From: a virus
Taxonomy: Duplodnaviria; Heunggongvirae; Uroviricota; Caudoviricetes
IMG/VR virus record: IMGVR_UViG_2667527994_000015
Direction: 5' to 3' (one strand)
DNA: 37,378 nt
Shown here: positions 10,145 to 18,900 of the stretch, one piece after another
Layout: each line of letters begins with the position of its first letter
Position numbering within the stretch: the first letter of the stretch is position 1
Translations under genes and position numbers: made by a program
The notes under the pieces: generated by a model
The model's input: the letters and a program-made list of their open reading frames with translations, nothing else
Databases searched by the model: none
What the model was told of the DNA's origin: nothing

Positions 10145-10711
10145 TCAGGGAGATTTATTGCTCTTATTTGCCGGAAATTTTCGATAAATGGTAGAAACGC
10201 CTACATCAAAAATCAGTGCAATACGCTGTCTTGATTCTCCGGCCTCGAGTAAACGTCCAATCTGTGCCCACTGTTCAGTGGTCAACTTAGGACGGCGTCC
10301 ACCTACTCTGCCTTTAGCACGAGCTGCAGCCAGCCCTGCCCGGGTACGTTCAACTATCAGTTCGCGTTCCATTTCAGCCAGGGCACCCATGACATGAAAA
10401 AAGAAACGGCCCATTGGGGTACTAGTATCAATACTGTCAGTCAGGCTTCGGAAATTCACACCACGCTGGCGCAACTCTTCTATCAGCGTAACAAGATACC
10501 GCATACTGCGCCCCAACCTGTCCAGCTTCCAGACAACCAGCGTGTCTCCTGCCAATAGTGTCCTGAGCAGTTTTTTAAGCCCCGGTCTGTCGGACTTAGT
10601 GCCACTGATTTTGTCCTCAAAAATCCGCTCACATCCCGCGCAGTTCAGCGCATTACGTTGCAAATCGGTGTTCTGGTCATTTGTTGACACGCGTACATAG
10701 CCAATAAGCAT
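10145..10711 (-). CDS. Site-specific DNA invertase, serine recombinase of the Gin/Pin/Cin/Hin family
   Basis: N-terminal resolvase/invertase catalytic region (MLIGYVRVSTNDQNTDLQRNAL) and C-terminal HTH (GVSTIYRKF); placed beside an invertible tail-fibre segment. Start taken at the second ATG (10711), which has an AGGGAG SD 6 nt upstream; the ORF track begins at 10717. Confidence 0.9.
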   Translation of the reverse strand: MLIGYVRVSTNDQNTDLQRNALNCAGCERIFEDKISGTKSDRPGLKKLLRTLLAGDTLVVWKLDRLGRSMRYLVTLIEELRQRGVNFRSLTDSIDTSTPMGRFFFHVMGALAEMERELIVERTRAGLAAARAKGRVGGRRPKLTTEQWAQIGRLLEAGESRQRIALIFDVGVSTIYRKFPANKSNKSP

Positions 10712-10766
10712 GATCATCTCCCTGAATAAAAATAGGGGATGATGCCAGTTAGCCGTAATCGCTGCA

Positions 10767-10792
10767 TTTTCTTAAACGTTGGTTTGGGAGAA
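10767..10792. repeat. Left crossover site (gix/hix-like) of invertible tail-fibre segment
   Basis: ttttcttaaacg-tt-ggtttgggagaa: two 12-bp half-sites around a 2-bp core; inverted copy of inner half-site at 12600..12611 with matching core. Confidence 0.6.
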
Positions 10793-11140
10793 GCGGCTAA
10801 AAGGAATGTAGGTACAGGGGCGAATCAGATACCTGATATGAGCCTGTTCGCGTCAAGTAATACCGCAACGGCTGCTGCGCAAAAATTTCCGTCTGGATTA
10901 ATTTTACAGTGCGGTCAGTTGAATGGCTCCCCGAATGTATCTTCAACATACGGGATGAGGTTCCCGATGACATTCTCAAGAGTCCTTGCTGTCACAGTTA
11001 CATTGAACGTTACTGGCGCGTCAGGGCAGCCGACTGTATCGGCGACAAATGTCAATAACACTGGATTTAATATTACAGTGTCGCCCGGTTCAGGATATGG
11101 TTCATCTGCTGATGCGTATTACATTGCAATGGGATATTAA
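10769..11140 (+). CDS. Alternative tail-fibre C-terminal cassette (silent in this orientation; no own start codon)
   Basis: Open frame reading ...GLGE-AAKRNVGTGANQ... to a stop at 11140; joins in frame to the constant part of H only after inversion of 10780..12612. Confidence 0.6.
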   Translation, partial: FLNVGLGEAAKRNVGTGANQIPDMSLFASSNTATAAAQKFPSGLILQCGQLNGSPNVSSTYGMRFPMTFSRVLAVTVTLNVTGASGQPTVSATNVNNTGFNITVSPGSGYGSSADAYYIAMGY

Positions 11141-11144
11141 CGAA

Positions 11145-11564
11145 ATGTCATATTTTTATTCTGCATCGACAAACGGATTTTATTCGACTGAATTTCACGG
11201 CACCAATATTCCTGATGATGCAGTGGAAATCTCGGAATCAGAGTGGAAAACACTGATTAACTCACAGAGTGTAACAAAAATGATTACCTGTGGTGAGAAC
11301 GGTCACCCTGTCATTGTTGACCGTCCTTCTCCAACACCAGAACAATTAGCCTTAATAAATGATGAAAAGAAATCTGCACTGATAGCAGAGGCAACGAATG
11401 TAATAGCGCCGCTTCAGGATGCGGTTGATTTAGGTATGGCAACAGATGATGAAACGAAACTGTTACTGGCATGGAAAAAATATCGCGTGCTATTGATGCG
11501 TATTAATACTTTAACAGCACTCGATATTGAATGGCCTACGCCTCCGGCAGTTCAGGCCAGATGA
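11145..11564 (+). CDS. Tail fibre assembly protein (alternative copy inside invertible segment)
   Basis: 139-aa ORF starting MSYFYSASTNGFYSTEF..., typical N-terminus of P2 G / Mu U-type tail fibre assembly chaperones; immediately downstream of the alternative fibre cassette. Confidence 0.75.
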   Translation: MSYFYSASTNGFYSTEFHGTNIPDDAVEISESEWKTLINSQSVTKMITCGENGHPVIVDRPSPTPEQLALINDEKKSALIAEATNVIAPLQDAVDLGMATDDETKLLLAWKKYRVLLMRINTLTALDIEWPTPPAVQAR

Positions 11565-12147
11565 CATCCGGCGCGGTGCTGGTATCTGTTGCCGTCACCG
11601 CGTCAATGTAATCCAGCACAGCGTTAAGTCGGGTGTTTTCTGGCTGCGTCAGCTTCCGCCCGGCCTGCAATTTCAGTTGAATCAGACTGATGGAAGCCAT
11701 TGCAGTATCAATCAGCGACTGGCGTTGTGCTTCTGCTGCATCTACTGCGGCGCTATGCTGTGCATCGGTATCCGTCACCCATTTCTCACCATCCCATTTA
11801 TCGTATGGTGTTAACGGGGCGATAGTGGTTGTATTATCAGGGTAATCACCCGGAGCTGTGATTTCTTTTGATTCTCCTGTTTCGGTGCTATAGATGATTT
11901 CACCGCGATGGTCTGACACATATTCCCATGAGTTAAAATCTGCAGAACGGCAGATTGCATAACCAGCTTTATGTGTAACTGGTGCATCTAAACAAGAACA
12001 TGCCGGGATACCGACGCCAACCGCAAGATATTCAGTTGATGTGGAAATATATTCCCGCGTTTCTCCGTTATAGTTGTAAACGGTAATGAAGCCAGCCTCT
12101 GTGGCAAATCCGTTTTCATCCAAAGTGATTTTTTTTGTGGTCATCAT
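11536..12147 (-). CDS. G: Tail fibre assembly protein gpG (copy expressed in current orientation)
   Basis: 203-aa ORF overlapping the H stop (ATGA); its 3' end converges on and overlaps the alternative assembly gene by 29 nt. Confidence 0.8.
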   Translation of the reverse strand: MMTTKKITLDENGFATEAGFITVYNYNGETREYISTSTEYLAVGVGIPACSCLDAPVTHKAGYAICRSADFNSWEYVSDHRGEIIYSTETGESKEITAPGDYPDNTTTIAPLTPYDKWDGEKWVTDTDAQHSAAVDAAEAQRQSLIDTAMASISLIQLKLQAGRKLTQPENTRLNAVLDYIDAVTATDTSTAPDVIWPELPEA

Positions 12148-13661
12148 GCTGCCCTTACAATGTAGTTAAATGCAATGTTACGTGGCCTTGTTTCTGCTGA
12201 TGTTCTTGCACTCCTGGATAAATCAAGTGTCACATCATAGTAACTAAATGCATTACCAGTTGATGGAGCGGCATATTTAACCCCAGAACTAGAACCAACA
12301 TTAAAAACTCCAGATGCTGAGGAAGCTGACCCCATAGTGTTATCAATCAGAGAACCCGTAACATTTTGCATAGCGTCAAGTTGTTCGCTTAATAAAGCGC
12401 GTCCACTATCAACATCACGCCCGTCATCCCAGCCACGAATAAATTCACCTCGTAAATCAGGCAATTTATTTGTCGGATAAGCCTTTGCCAGTTCCGGGTA
12501 TTCTTCAGCAGAAAAAACCGCACCGTTGCATTTCAGCCAGCCTGTTGGAGGTGTCTCAGAAGGCCACGGAACAGGCGCACCAACAGGTAATGCAGAACCT
12601 TCTCCCAAACCAAGGTATGTGAGAAGACCAGCTACATCCTTTCCACTCAAATTAGTCAGCGTATTGTCCAGCGGTTGTTTACCTGCCAGCGCATTAAGCA
12701 TTGTCGTGGCAAAGTTCGGGTCATTCCCCAACGCTGCCGCCAGTTCGTTCAGTGTATCCAGTGCCGCAGGTGCAGAACCCACCATTGCCGCAATCGCCGA
12801 TTTCACAAATGCCGTGGTGGCAATCTGTGTATTGTTGACCGACTGTGCCGCAGTAGGTGCGGTTGGCGTTCCGGTGAGTGCCGGACTCGACAGCGGCGCT
12901 TTCAGTGCCAGCGCATTGTTAATGGTGGTACTGAATTTCGGATCATTGTTAATGGCTGCGGCTATTTCTTTCAGCGTGTCCAACGTGGCTGGCGCACCAT
13001 TAATAAGAGCCGTCAGAGCCGCCTGAACAAACGCGGTGGTCGCAATCTGCGTGGTGTTATTCCCTGCGGCTGGCGTTGGCGCTTTGGGTGTCCCGGTAAA
13101 CGTCGGACTTTCTTTGGGTGCATACTGTGAATGCGGGTCCGGTGCGGCAAGATGTTTTGCCATCTGATCATCCGCGTACACCTTCAGCTCCAGTGCCTTG
13201 TCATCCACATACTTGCGGGTTGCCAGCACTACGGCAGGGTCGATTTTCAGGGTGATATTGTCCGTGCTGCTGGTAATCAGCACCATGCGCACGGTCTGAG
13301 TGCGCCCGCTACCTTCAGCCAGTTGCGGCTTATAGCTTTCCGGGCAGTTGCCCACGGCAATCAATGCCCCGGACTCATCAAACAAGCCCACTTCACGTAT
13401 CCACCAACCGCCCTCGTTTTCAGGGATCACATGTTCGGCAATAATCTGGCTGCTGTTCTGCGGGTCGATATAGAGCATATTCAGCGCAGCCCGGCGTTTC
13501 TCATTTACCAGTGCAGTCTGCTTTGAGTCTGGCGTTGGCAATACTCCGCCGCCATCGCCGACCGCCATATGGGTAATTTTTAGCGGCACACCGAGCGCGG
13601 CGGCGCTGGCAAGTTTCGCCGCGCCAATATCCGTCAGCAGGGTATAAAATTTTGTGCTCAT
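12144..13661 (-). CDS. H: Tail fibre protein gpH, with invertible C-terminal portion
   Basis: 505-aa ORF; conserved N-terminus typical of P2 H; internal ~70-aa tandem repeat; C-terminal ~150 aa lie inside the invertible segment. Confidence 0.9.
   Translation of the reverse strand: MSTKFYTLLTDIGAAKLASAAALGVPLKITHMAVGDGGGVLPTPDSKQTALVNEKRRAALNMLYIDPQNSSQIIAEHVIPENEGGWWIREVGLFDESGALIAVGNCPESYKPQLAEGSGRTQTVRMVLITSSTDNITLKIDPAVVLATRKYVDDKALELKVYADDQMAKHLAAPDPHSQYAPKESPTFTGTPKAPTPAAGNNTTQIATTAFVQAALTALINGAPATLDTLKEIAAAINNDPKFSTTINNALALKAPLSSPALTGTPTAPTAAQSVNNTQIATTAFVKSAIAAMVGSAPAALDTLNELAAALGNDPNFATTMLNALAGKQPLDNTLTNLSGKDVAGLLTYLGLGEGSALPVGAPVPWPSETPPTGWLKCNGAVFSAEEYPELAKAYPTNKLPDLRGEFIRGWDDGRDVDSGRALLSEQLDAMQNVTGSLIDNTMGSASSASGVFNVGSSSGVKYAAPSTGNAFSYYDVTLDLSRSARTSAETRPRNIAFNYIVRAA
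12600..12625. repeat. Right crossover site (gix/hix-like) inside gene H
   Basis: ttctcccaaacc-aa-ggtatgtgagaa; first 14 nt are the exact reverse complement of 10779..10792; core dinucleotide complementary to the left site. Confidence 0.6.
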
Positions 13662-14263
13662 GGATTCACTCTCATTGTGTCAATAACATGGACCGCCCCG
13701 CCTTCATGCGCGGTGCCGCCAGAAATAATTGTTTCGTTGATATACGGATAGATCGTGATTTCTTCGCCAAGATAGCTGGCGGCCCCCACCCAATGCGGAC
13801 CGCTGGTCTGCAGATTGATGGACATGCCGATCATGTGACGGCTACATGGTTTGGCATCGCTTATCAGCCGCTCAAGTTCCAGATAGGTATCTTCAGTGAT
13901 GCCCTGGTCCTGCACGCCGATATCCAGGCGAAACGTGCCCGGTGTTTCTCCGGTCTGCCACCACTCAATAATGCGGATCAGGAATCCGAACGGTTCCACC
14001 ACCCGCCGCACGGCACTGGTGGTTCCTTTATGCTGATGAATATAAAAAGCATCCTTCACTACCTGGCGTTTGACGCTTTCTGTCCAGCCCTCGTCCCAGC
14101 GATCCACAGAGAACGCCCAGGCGAGATAAGGCAGGAAGCTGACCGGACAGGTAGCCGGATTCCACAAGTCACGCAGCGGCACCTGCAGATCAGAAATCCC
14201 GCTACAGGTTTGCGCCAGTCGGCGCTCCAGTGAAGTTGAACCCGGTGGCAGCAGACTATTCAT
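13658..14263 (-). CDS. I: Baseplate assembly protein gpI
   Basis: 201-aa ORF between J and H with overlapping stop/start codons, P2 order. Confidence 0.8.
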   Translation of the reverse strand: MNSLLPPGSTSLERRLAQTCSGISDLQVPLRDLWNPATCPVSFLPYLAWAFSVDRWDEGWTESVKRQVVKDAFYIHQHKGTTSAVRRVVEPFGFLIRIIEWWQTGETPGTFRLDIGVQDQGITEDTYLELERLISDAKPCSRHMIGMSINLQTSGPHWVGAASYLGEEITIYPYINETIISGGTAHEGGAVHVIDTMRVNP

Positions 14264-15203
14264 CCGTTCCTCCGTTGGTTACGCTCCACTGCGTACATGA
14301 TGCCGCCTGTGTTTTGTTCAGGACCACATCCGCCAGAGGAGAAGCCAGCTCCACACGCTGCACACCCTCAACATGCAGGGCGGCAAAGATGGCGCTACGG
14401 CGAATATCCCGACCAAGACGCGTCTGACTGGCGATGTACTTCTGCAGGCTGGCTTTTGCCGCTGCCATTACCGGCTCTGCTTCCGGTCCCGGATAGAGAA
14501 AAATGGTGGCTTCCACGCGATACGGGATGATTTCTGCGCTGCGAACCGTCAGACGGTCAGCCACCGGGCGGACGTTCTCACTGTTCAGAGCTTTTTCCAC
14601 CACGTCCAGCAGGTCTTTTTCTGCAGTTCCATCGCCTTCGCGGCTAAGGACAGTCAGCACCACCTCTGCAGGTGCCGGGCTGGTTGCACTGGCATCCGCC
14701 ACCCGACCGTCGGCGCTTCGGGCATGAAATTCATAAGCTGCAGTTGGCCCCGCAACAGAAAGCCCTTCAAAGGCTGCAGGCACACGCAGGCGTAACGCTT
14801 CATCGCTTTCCATCACAGCTGCAACGGGCGGCACAGCATCATTATCAGCAGGCGTCACCGTCAGGCGTGTCACGTTGTAGTTGGCAGCGAGCTGGTCAAG
14901 ATCGCCGCCCATCGCGTAAGCCACCATCACCGCCTGCGCGGCTTCGTTAATGCGCTGGCGCAGAAGCAACTCACGGTAAGCGTTCTCCTGCAACAATTTA
15001 GTGACGGGTTCAGATTCCAGTTCCAGCGTGCGGATCACGGCTTCCTGCTCATCTTTCGGATGAAGCGCCACAAATTCTGCCTTGCGTTCGGCAAGCAGCG
15101 TCTCAAAGTCCGGCACATCCACAATCTGCGGTGCAGGCAACTGCGAAAGGTCAATCACTGCTATTCTCTGCTCCTGTTGATACGGAAAGGGACACAGGCA
15201 CAC
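14256..15203 (-). CDS. J: Baseplate assembly protein gpJ
   Basis: 315-aa ORF as given by the ORF track; a GTG at 15158 just after the W stop would give about 300 aa, closer to P2 gpJ, and may be the true start. Confidence 0.8.
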   Translation of the reverse strand: MCLCPFPYQQEQRIAVIDLSQLPAPQIVDVPDFETLLAERKAEFVALHPKDEQEAVIRTLELESEPVTKLLQENAYRELLLRQRINEAAQAVMVAYAMGGDLDQLAANYNVTRLTVTPADNDAVPPVAAVMESDEALRLRVPAAFEGLSVAGPTAAYEFHARSADGRVADASATSPAPAEVVLTVLSREGDGTAEKDLLDVVEKALNSENVRPVADRLTVRSAEIIPYRVEATIFLYPGPEAEPVMAAAKASLQKYIASQTRLGRDIRRSAIFAALHVEGVQRVELASPLADVVLNKTQAASCTQWSVTNGGTDE

Positions 15204-15510
15204 CGTTATTCCGCCGCCCGGTCAGCTCCACCACCATAGAACCGTCAAAGTTGCTGTTGATGGTGATGGAATCCAGCGTCAGCCGTGGCTCCCAGCGACT
15301 CAGCGCCACATACACTGCCGACATGACCTGCAGGCGTAATGCCGGATTTTGTGGCTGATCTATCAGTGCCGACAGTAGGGAACCATATTCCCGACGGGCA
15401 ATGCGGCTACCCTGCGGCGTCAGCAGAATGTCCCGCACCGACTGGCGCAGATGGTCAATATCAGTAATGACTTTGCCGCTGGTATTGTTCATCCCGCTAT
15501 AAAGCGTCAT
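15151..15510 (-). CDS. W: Baseplate protein gpW
   Basis: 119-aa ORF between V and J; P2 gpW-like size and position. Confidence 0.85.
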   Translation of the reverse strand: MTLYSGMNNTSGKVITDIDHLRQSVRDILLTPQGSRIARREYGSLLSALIDQPQNPALRLQVMSAVYVALSRWEPRLTLDSITINSNFDGSMVVELTGRRNNGVPVSLSVSTGAENSSD

Positions 15511-16085
15511 ACCGGGCCTCCGGTTGTGTCGCCGCCTTTCAGGACGCCAGTATGCTGATGTGCATCAACCACAATTCCGTTAGAACTCATTGCACCGCCG
15601 CCCTGGGTAACACCACCATTGATCACTACTTCGCTGTTAATACGCGTGCGGTCAGCCTCCAGCACAAACTCACTGGTTTTCAGGGTGATGTTGTCGGCAG
15701 CCTCAATGACCATGGATTTGATGCCCCTGACATACCAGCGCCCGGTTGCGGGTTCGTATTCAAACCAGCCACCGTCAGGATGTTCTGTCACGCAGGCGTC
15801 CGCCGACGTCGAAGGTGGCGCGAACTGATTCGAATAGACAGCGGGCAACGCAAAGGCGGTCTCCAGATTGCCGCCCAGACTCAGCAGCACCACCTGCTCA
15901 CCTTCCGATGGTCGCCACCATGTCCGGGCATTTCCGGCACGCAGCGTCAGCCAACTGATCCAGTTAGTTTCAAGCTCGCCTGTTTTCACCCGGCAAAGCC
16001 AGTTCTCCTTGTCCACTTCGGTGACTACCCCTGTGCGGATCAGGTTGGTGATAAGGCGCATGATTTCGGTTAATTGTGCGTTCAT
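15507..16085 (-). CDS. V: Baseplate spike/hub protein gpV
   Basis: Start set at the internal ATG (MNAQLTEIMRLITNLIRTG...), which aligns with the P2 gpV N-terminus from memory; the ORF track extends to an upstream GTG at 16187 that I consider spurious. Confidence 0.8.
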   Translation of the reverse strand: MNAQLTEIMRLITNLIRTGVVTEVDKENWLCRVKTGELETNWISWLTLRAGNARTWWRPSEGEQVVLLSLGGNLETAFALPAVYSNQFAPPSTSADACVTEHPDGGWFEYEPATGRWYVRGIKSMVIEAADNITLKTSEFVLEADRTRINSEVVINGGVTQGGGAMSSNGIVVDAHQHTGVLKGGDTTGGPV

Positions 16086-16131
16086 ATGGATATAGTTAAT
16101 TAAAAGAAAGCGGCTTTCCTTTAGTATTGTT

Positions 16132-16149
16132 TGTGTGATAAACAGTACA
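16132..16149. promoter_or_regulatory. Putative late-promoter activator binding site upstream of V (P_V)
   Basis: Minus-strand tgtactgtttatcacaca = TGT-N12-ACA, differing at only three positions from the P_F copy; centre only about 55 nt from the V ATG, so the leader would be very short. Confidence 0.4.
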
Positions 16150-16169
16150 AAACGGATAGTGAGGCCATC

Positions 16170-17459
16170 ATGAAGAAACAAACACACGAAGTTTTTGGTA
16201 TTTCACCAACGATTCTTGCTGATTCATATGTAGACAGAGGAAATCTTGATAAGGAAATCAGTAGAAAATTACGCCGACCAATACATCTCGCCTTAAGAGG
16301 GGAATCCAAATGTGGTAAGTCATGGTTAAGACAAAAGAACATACCTAATGCTATTGTTGTACAATGCAGATTAAAGACAACCGTTTTAGATATATATATA
16401 GATATTCTATCTCAATTAGGTATAAGCCTTGTGCTAGAGAGAACCGAAAAAGATACAATTAAAGGCGTAATGGAGGGCTCTGCTGCAGGAGGCATTGGTC
16501 TTATAGCAAAACTAAAGGTTAAATTTGGACTTGAGACCTCTGAAGAGGAGGTAATAAAAAAAGGAAATGTTGGTCAAGATATTAATGATTTGAGATTTAT
16601 TGCAGAAATAATTAACGAAGCAGGAAGAAAAGTAGTTATTGAAGATTTTCACTACTTAAACACTCGTGAACGACAAATATTTGCTTATGACTTAAAGGCG
16701 CTTTGGGATTATGGTTGTTTTTTCGTAATCATTGGTGTTTGGACAAAAACAAACCTACTAATTTATTTGAATTCTGACCTTGGTTCTCGCATAGAAGAAA
16801 TTCCCATATCATGGTCTAGAGCCGATCTTGAACAAGTAATAATAAGTGGATCAGAAACTTTAAAAGTTAAGTTCTCAGATCATATAAAGAGATGCATCCT
16901 TGATGATTGCTATGGTAATGTTGGGATTTTACAACAACTAGCCTTAAACATTCTTGACGAGACAGGAATTGATGAGGAATGTACAACATTAACGATGTTA
17001 GATGATCAAGAAAAATTCGTTGATGCAGCCATGAAATATGCTGAACAATTAAATTCTCGATATCAAAAATTTGCTAAAGATATATCATCAGGAATACGTA
17101 AAAGAACAGAAACCACTGGCATTTATGCTCATGCCATGGCTGTAATAATGGACTCATCCGATAAAGAACTCATTCAAGGATTAGAGTTAGATACCATTTT
17201 TAAAATTGCGTCAAGAAGACAAAGTCGAATATTAAAAGGGAATCTGCGAACTGTACTTCAAAAAATTGAAGAGTTACAGGTTGATAGTGACGATAGAGGG
17301 TTAGTTCTTTCCTACAATGATGCAACTGATGAGGTCACTGCTATCGACAGAACCATTTTAATTTATCGAAAATATGTAACCATAAAATGGCCATGGGAGG
17401 ATCTGATTAACGAAGCAAAGGACAGCTATGGTGAGCAGAGTAGAATTTTTACCAATTGA
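16170..17459 (+). CDS. Hypothetical P-loop NTPase (accessory gene, antisense to late operons)
   Basis: 429-aa ORF from ATG 16170 with GTGAGG SD; Walker A GESKCGKS and Walker B-like VVIEDF; visibly AT-rich codon usage unlike flanking phage genes; sits between S and V. Confidence 0.7.
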   Translation: MKKQTHEVFGISPTILADSYVDRGNLDKEISRKLRRPIHLALRGESKCGKSWLRQKNIPNAIVVQCRLKTTVLDIYIDILSQLGISLVLERTEKDTIKGVMEGSAAGGIGLIAKLKVKFGLETSEEEVIKKGNVGQDINDLRFIAEIINEAGRKVVIEDFHYLNTRERQIFAYDLKALWDYGCFFVIIGVWTKTNLLIYLNSDLGSRIEEIPISWSRADLEQVIISGSETLKVKFSDHIKRCILDDCYGNVGILQQLALNILDETGIDEECTTLTMLDDQEKFVDAAMKYAEQLNSRYQKFAKDISSGIRKRTETTGIYAHAMAVIMDSSDKELIQGLELDTIFKIASRRQSRILKGNLRTVLQKIEELQVDSDDRGLVLSYNDATDEVTAIDRTILIYRKYVTIKWPWEDLINEAKDSYGEQSRIFTN

Positions 17460-17505
17460 CTCACATTAAACCGAACTGACAAAATTCTGATTACGGTTAT
17501 CAAAG

Positions 17506-17952
17506 TCACCCCGCCAGCCATTGCAGAATCATGTCGCGGGTCATTGCCTCAACATCATCATTTACACCCAGCAGGCGGCGCTCTACGTAACGGACCTCCG
17601 GTCCTTTGCGACTGACGCGATCACGCAGGCCGTAATGGTGAACACGGGCAATACGCTGCACCTTGCCTTCAAACTGTACGCTGGCAGAATCGGCGCTGGC
17701 GGCAGTTTTCAGGTATTTTGTGGTGCGCAGCTTTGCAAACATCTGACGTTTGATGCGCCCCTTCTTGCTGCGTGCTGTTACCCTGCGCGGTTCATAACTG
17801 CTGCCATCTGGATTGCGCTGCATCCTGATATTCTGCTGCTGTGTCCGGCGCAGTTCCTGCGCCAGCTGGCGCATCATGCGGCTTCTCGTGGCTGGTTCCA
17901 GATTCGCCAGCAAGGCACTCAGCCAGTCGTCCACCTTCTGTAGTTCAGCCAC
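17506..17952 (-). CDS. S: Tail completion protein gpS
   Basis: 148-aa ORF downstream of R with overlapping codons; P2 order. Confidence 0.85.
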   Translation of the reverse strand: MAELQKVDDWLSALLANLEPATRSRMMRQLAQELRRTQQQNIRMQRNPDGSSYEPRRVTARSKKGRIKRQMFAKLRTTKYLKTAASADSASVQFEGKVQRIARVHHYGLRDRVSRKGPEVRYVERRLLGVNDDVEAMTRDMILQWLAG

Positions 17953-18397
17953 GTTTCACCGTCCACATTTCTTCAGGTTCATCGGGTTCTGCTACAGCTT
18001 CAACGCTCGACACACTGCCGTCAGTGCTGACCAGCACACGTTCCGTCAGTTGCAGGTTAAGGCTGATATCACAGACATCGTTGCGCAAAATATCCACCTC
18101 AAAGGTGAATAGCTTTTCCCGTAACGCCGGGTTATTGATGGCATCGGGCTGGTTATCCCGAAGCCACAGCAAAACCGGGGCCATCAGCAGATTCTGGTCG
18201 CCGCTGAAATCCTCTATCACCACGTTCAGGGTATAGCGGTACTCCCATGACATGGAGCTGGCCCCCGTGGCAACCAGCGAACCGTTATCCACAAACAGAT
18301 GCAGTTTGTCCGGGTTATTGCGGACATAAGGCACCGCTTTATTGAGGGCGTGGCGCAGGGATTGTGGTTTGTTCACTGTTTCGCTCCTGACACGCAA
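17945..18397 (-). CDS. R: Tail completion protein gpR
   Basis: 150-aa ORF; translation resembles P2 gpR (FVDNGS...YRYTLNV...LTER) from memory. Confidence 0.85.
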   Translation of the reverse strand: MRVRSETVNKPQSLRHALNKAVPYVRNNPDKLHLFVDNGSLVATGASSMSWEYRYTLNVVIEDFSGDQNLLMAPVLLWLRDNQPDAINNPALREKLFTFEVDILRNDVCDISLNLQLTERVLVSTDGSVSSVEAVAEPDEPEEMWTVKRG

Positions 18398-18629
18398 TAA
18401 TCATGTCCACTTTGTCTGCACAGACCGCCCAGGCGGCCTCCGTTTCATCCAGCAACGCGTCCAGATCACCGTTAGTGCGCGGCGTTGCCTGCTCCAGCCG
18501 ACACGGCGTCACTCGCGGACAACCACTGACGGTAAGCTGCACCTCCGGTGAGTGTCGGACGTTCCCGCAGCCGGATAATGTCAGCAGGCAAAGGAGTATC
18601 AGCCCAGCGGCGTAGATCCTCGTTCTCAC
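18339..18629 (-). CDS. lysC: Outer-membrane spanin LysC (Rz1-like lipoprotein)
   Basis: 96-aa ORF in a different frame overlapping the 3' end of lysB and the start of R; signal peptide with lipobox LSGC. Confidence 0.6.
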   Translation of the reverse strand: MRTRIYAAGLILLCLLTLSGCGNVRHSPEVQLTVSGCPRVTPCRLEQATPRTNGDLDALLDETEAAWAVCADKVDMIIACQERNSEQTTIPAPRPQ

Positions 18630-18900
18630 GTTTCAGTTCCTCGCTCCGGTGTTGTCGTTGTCTCAGCAGCGCGCTGGTCTGTTCTGCGTCGGCATAGAGC
18701 CGCGCCTGCTCCCGGTTATTGGTTTCAGTCAGAATGGACAGGCTGATAAGCTGGCTGTTGCTCTTTGCCAGTGCCTGGCTTTTGCTCCGAAGCTCGTCTG
18801 CCTGCGTGCTGATGGTCTGGCTGGCATCAGCCAGCCGCCACGTCTGCCAGCCCAGCGCCGCCAGTAATAACGCCAGCACAACCAGCAGCAACCGGTTCAT
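18472..18900 (-). CDS. lysB: Inner-membrane spanin LysB (Rz-like)
   Basis: 142-aa ORF with N-terminal TM helix and charged coiled-coil; follows lysA. Confidence 0.7.
   Translation of the reverse strand: MNRLLLVVLALLLAALGWQTWRLADASQTISTQADELRSKSQALAKSNSQLISLSILTETNNREQARLYADAEQTSALLRQRQHRSEELKRENEDLRRWADTPLPADIIRLRERPTLTGGAAYRQWLSASDAVSAGAGNAAH

Noticed and set aside
10739-11140. 133-aa ORF beginning MMPVSRNR read as an independent gene
   Set aside because: Its first ~10 codons cover the recombination site and upstream intergenic DNA with no SD; it is better read as a promoterless alternative tail-fibre C-terminus from 10769 that is expressed only after inversion.
16086-16187. Upstream GTG extension of gpV (MCLFLHDG...)
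   Set aside because: The extension would run through the putative late promoter and toward the accessory gene; the internal ATG at 16085 gives an N-terminus matching P2 gpV.
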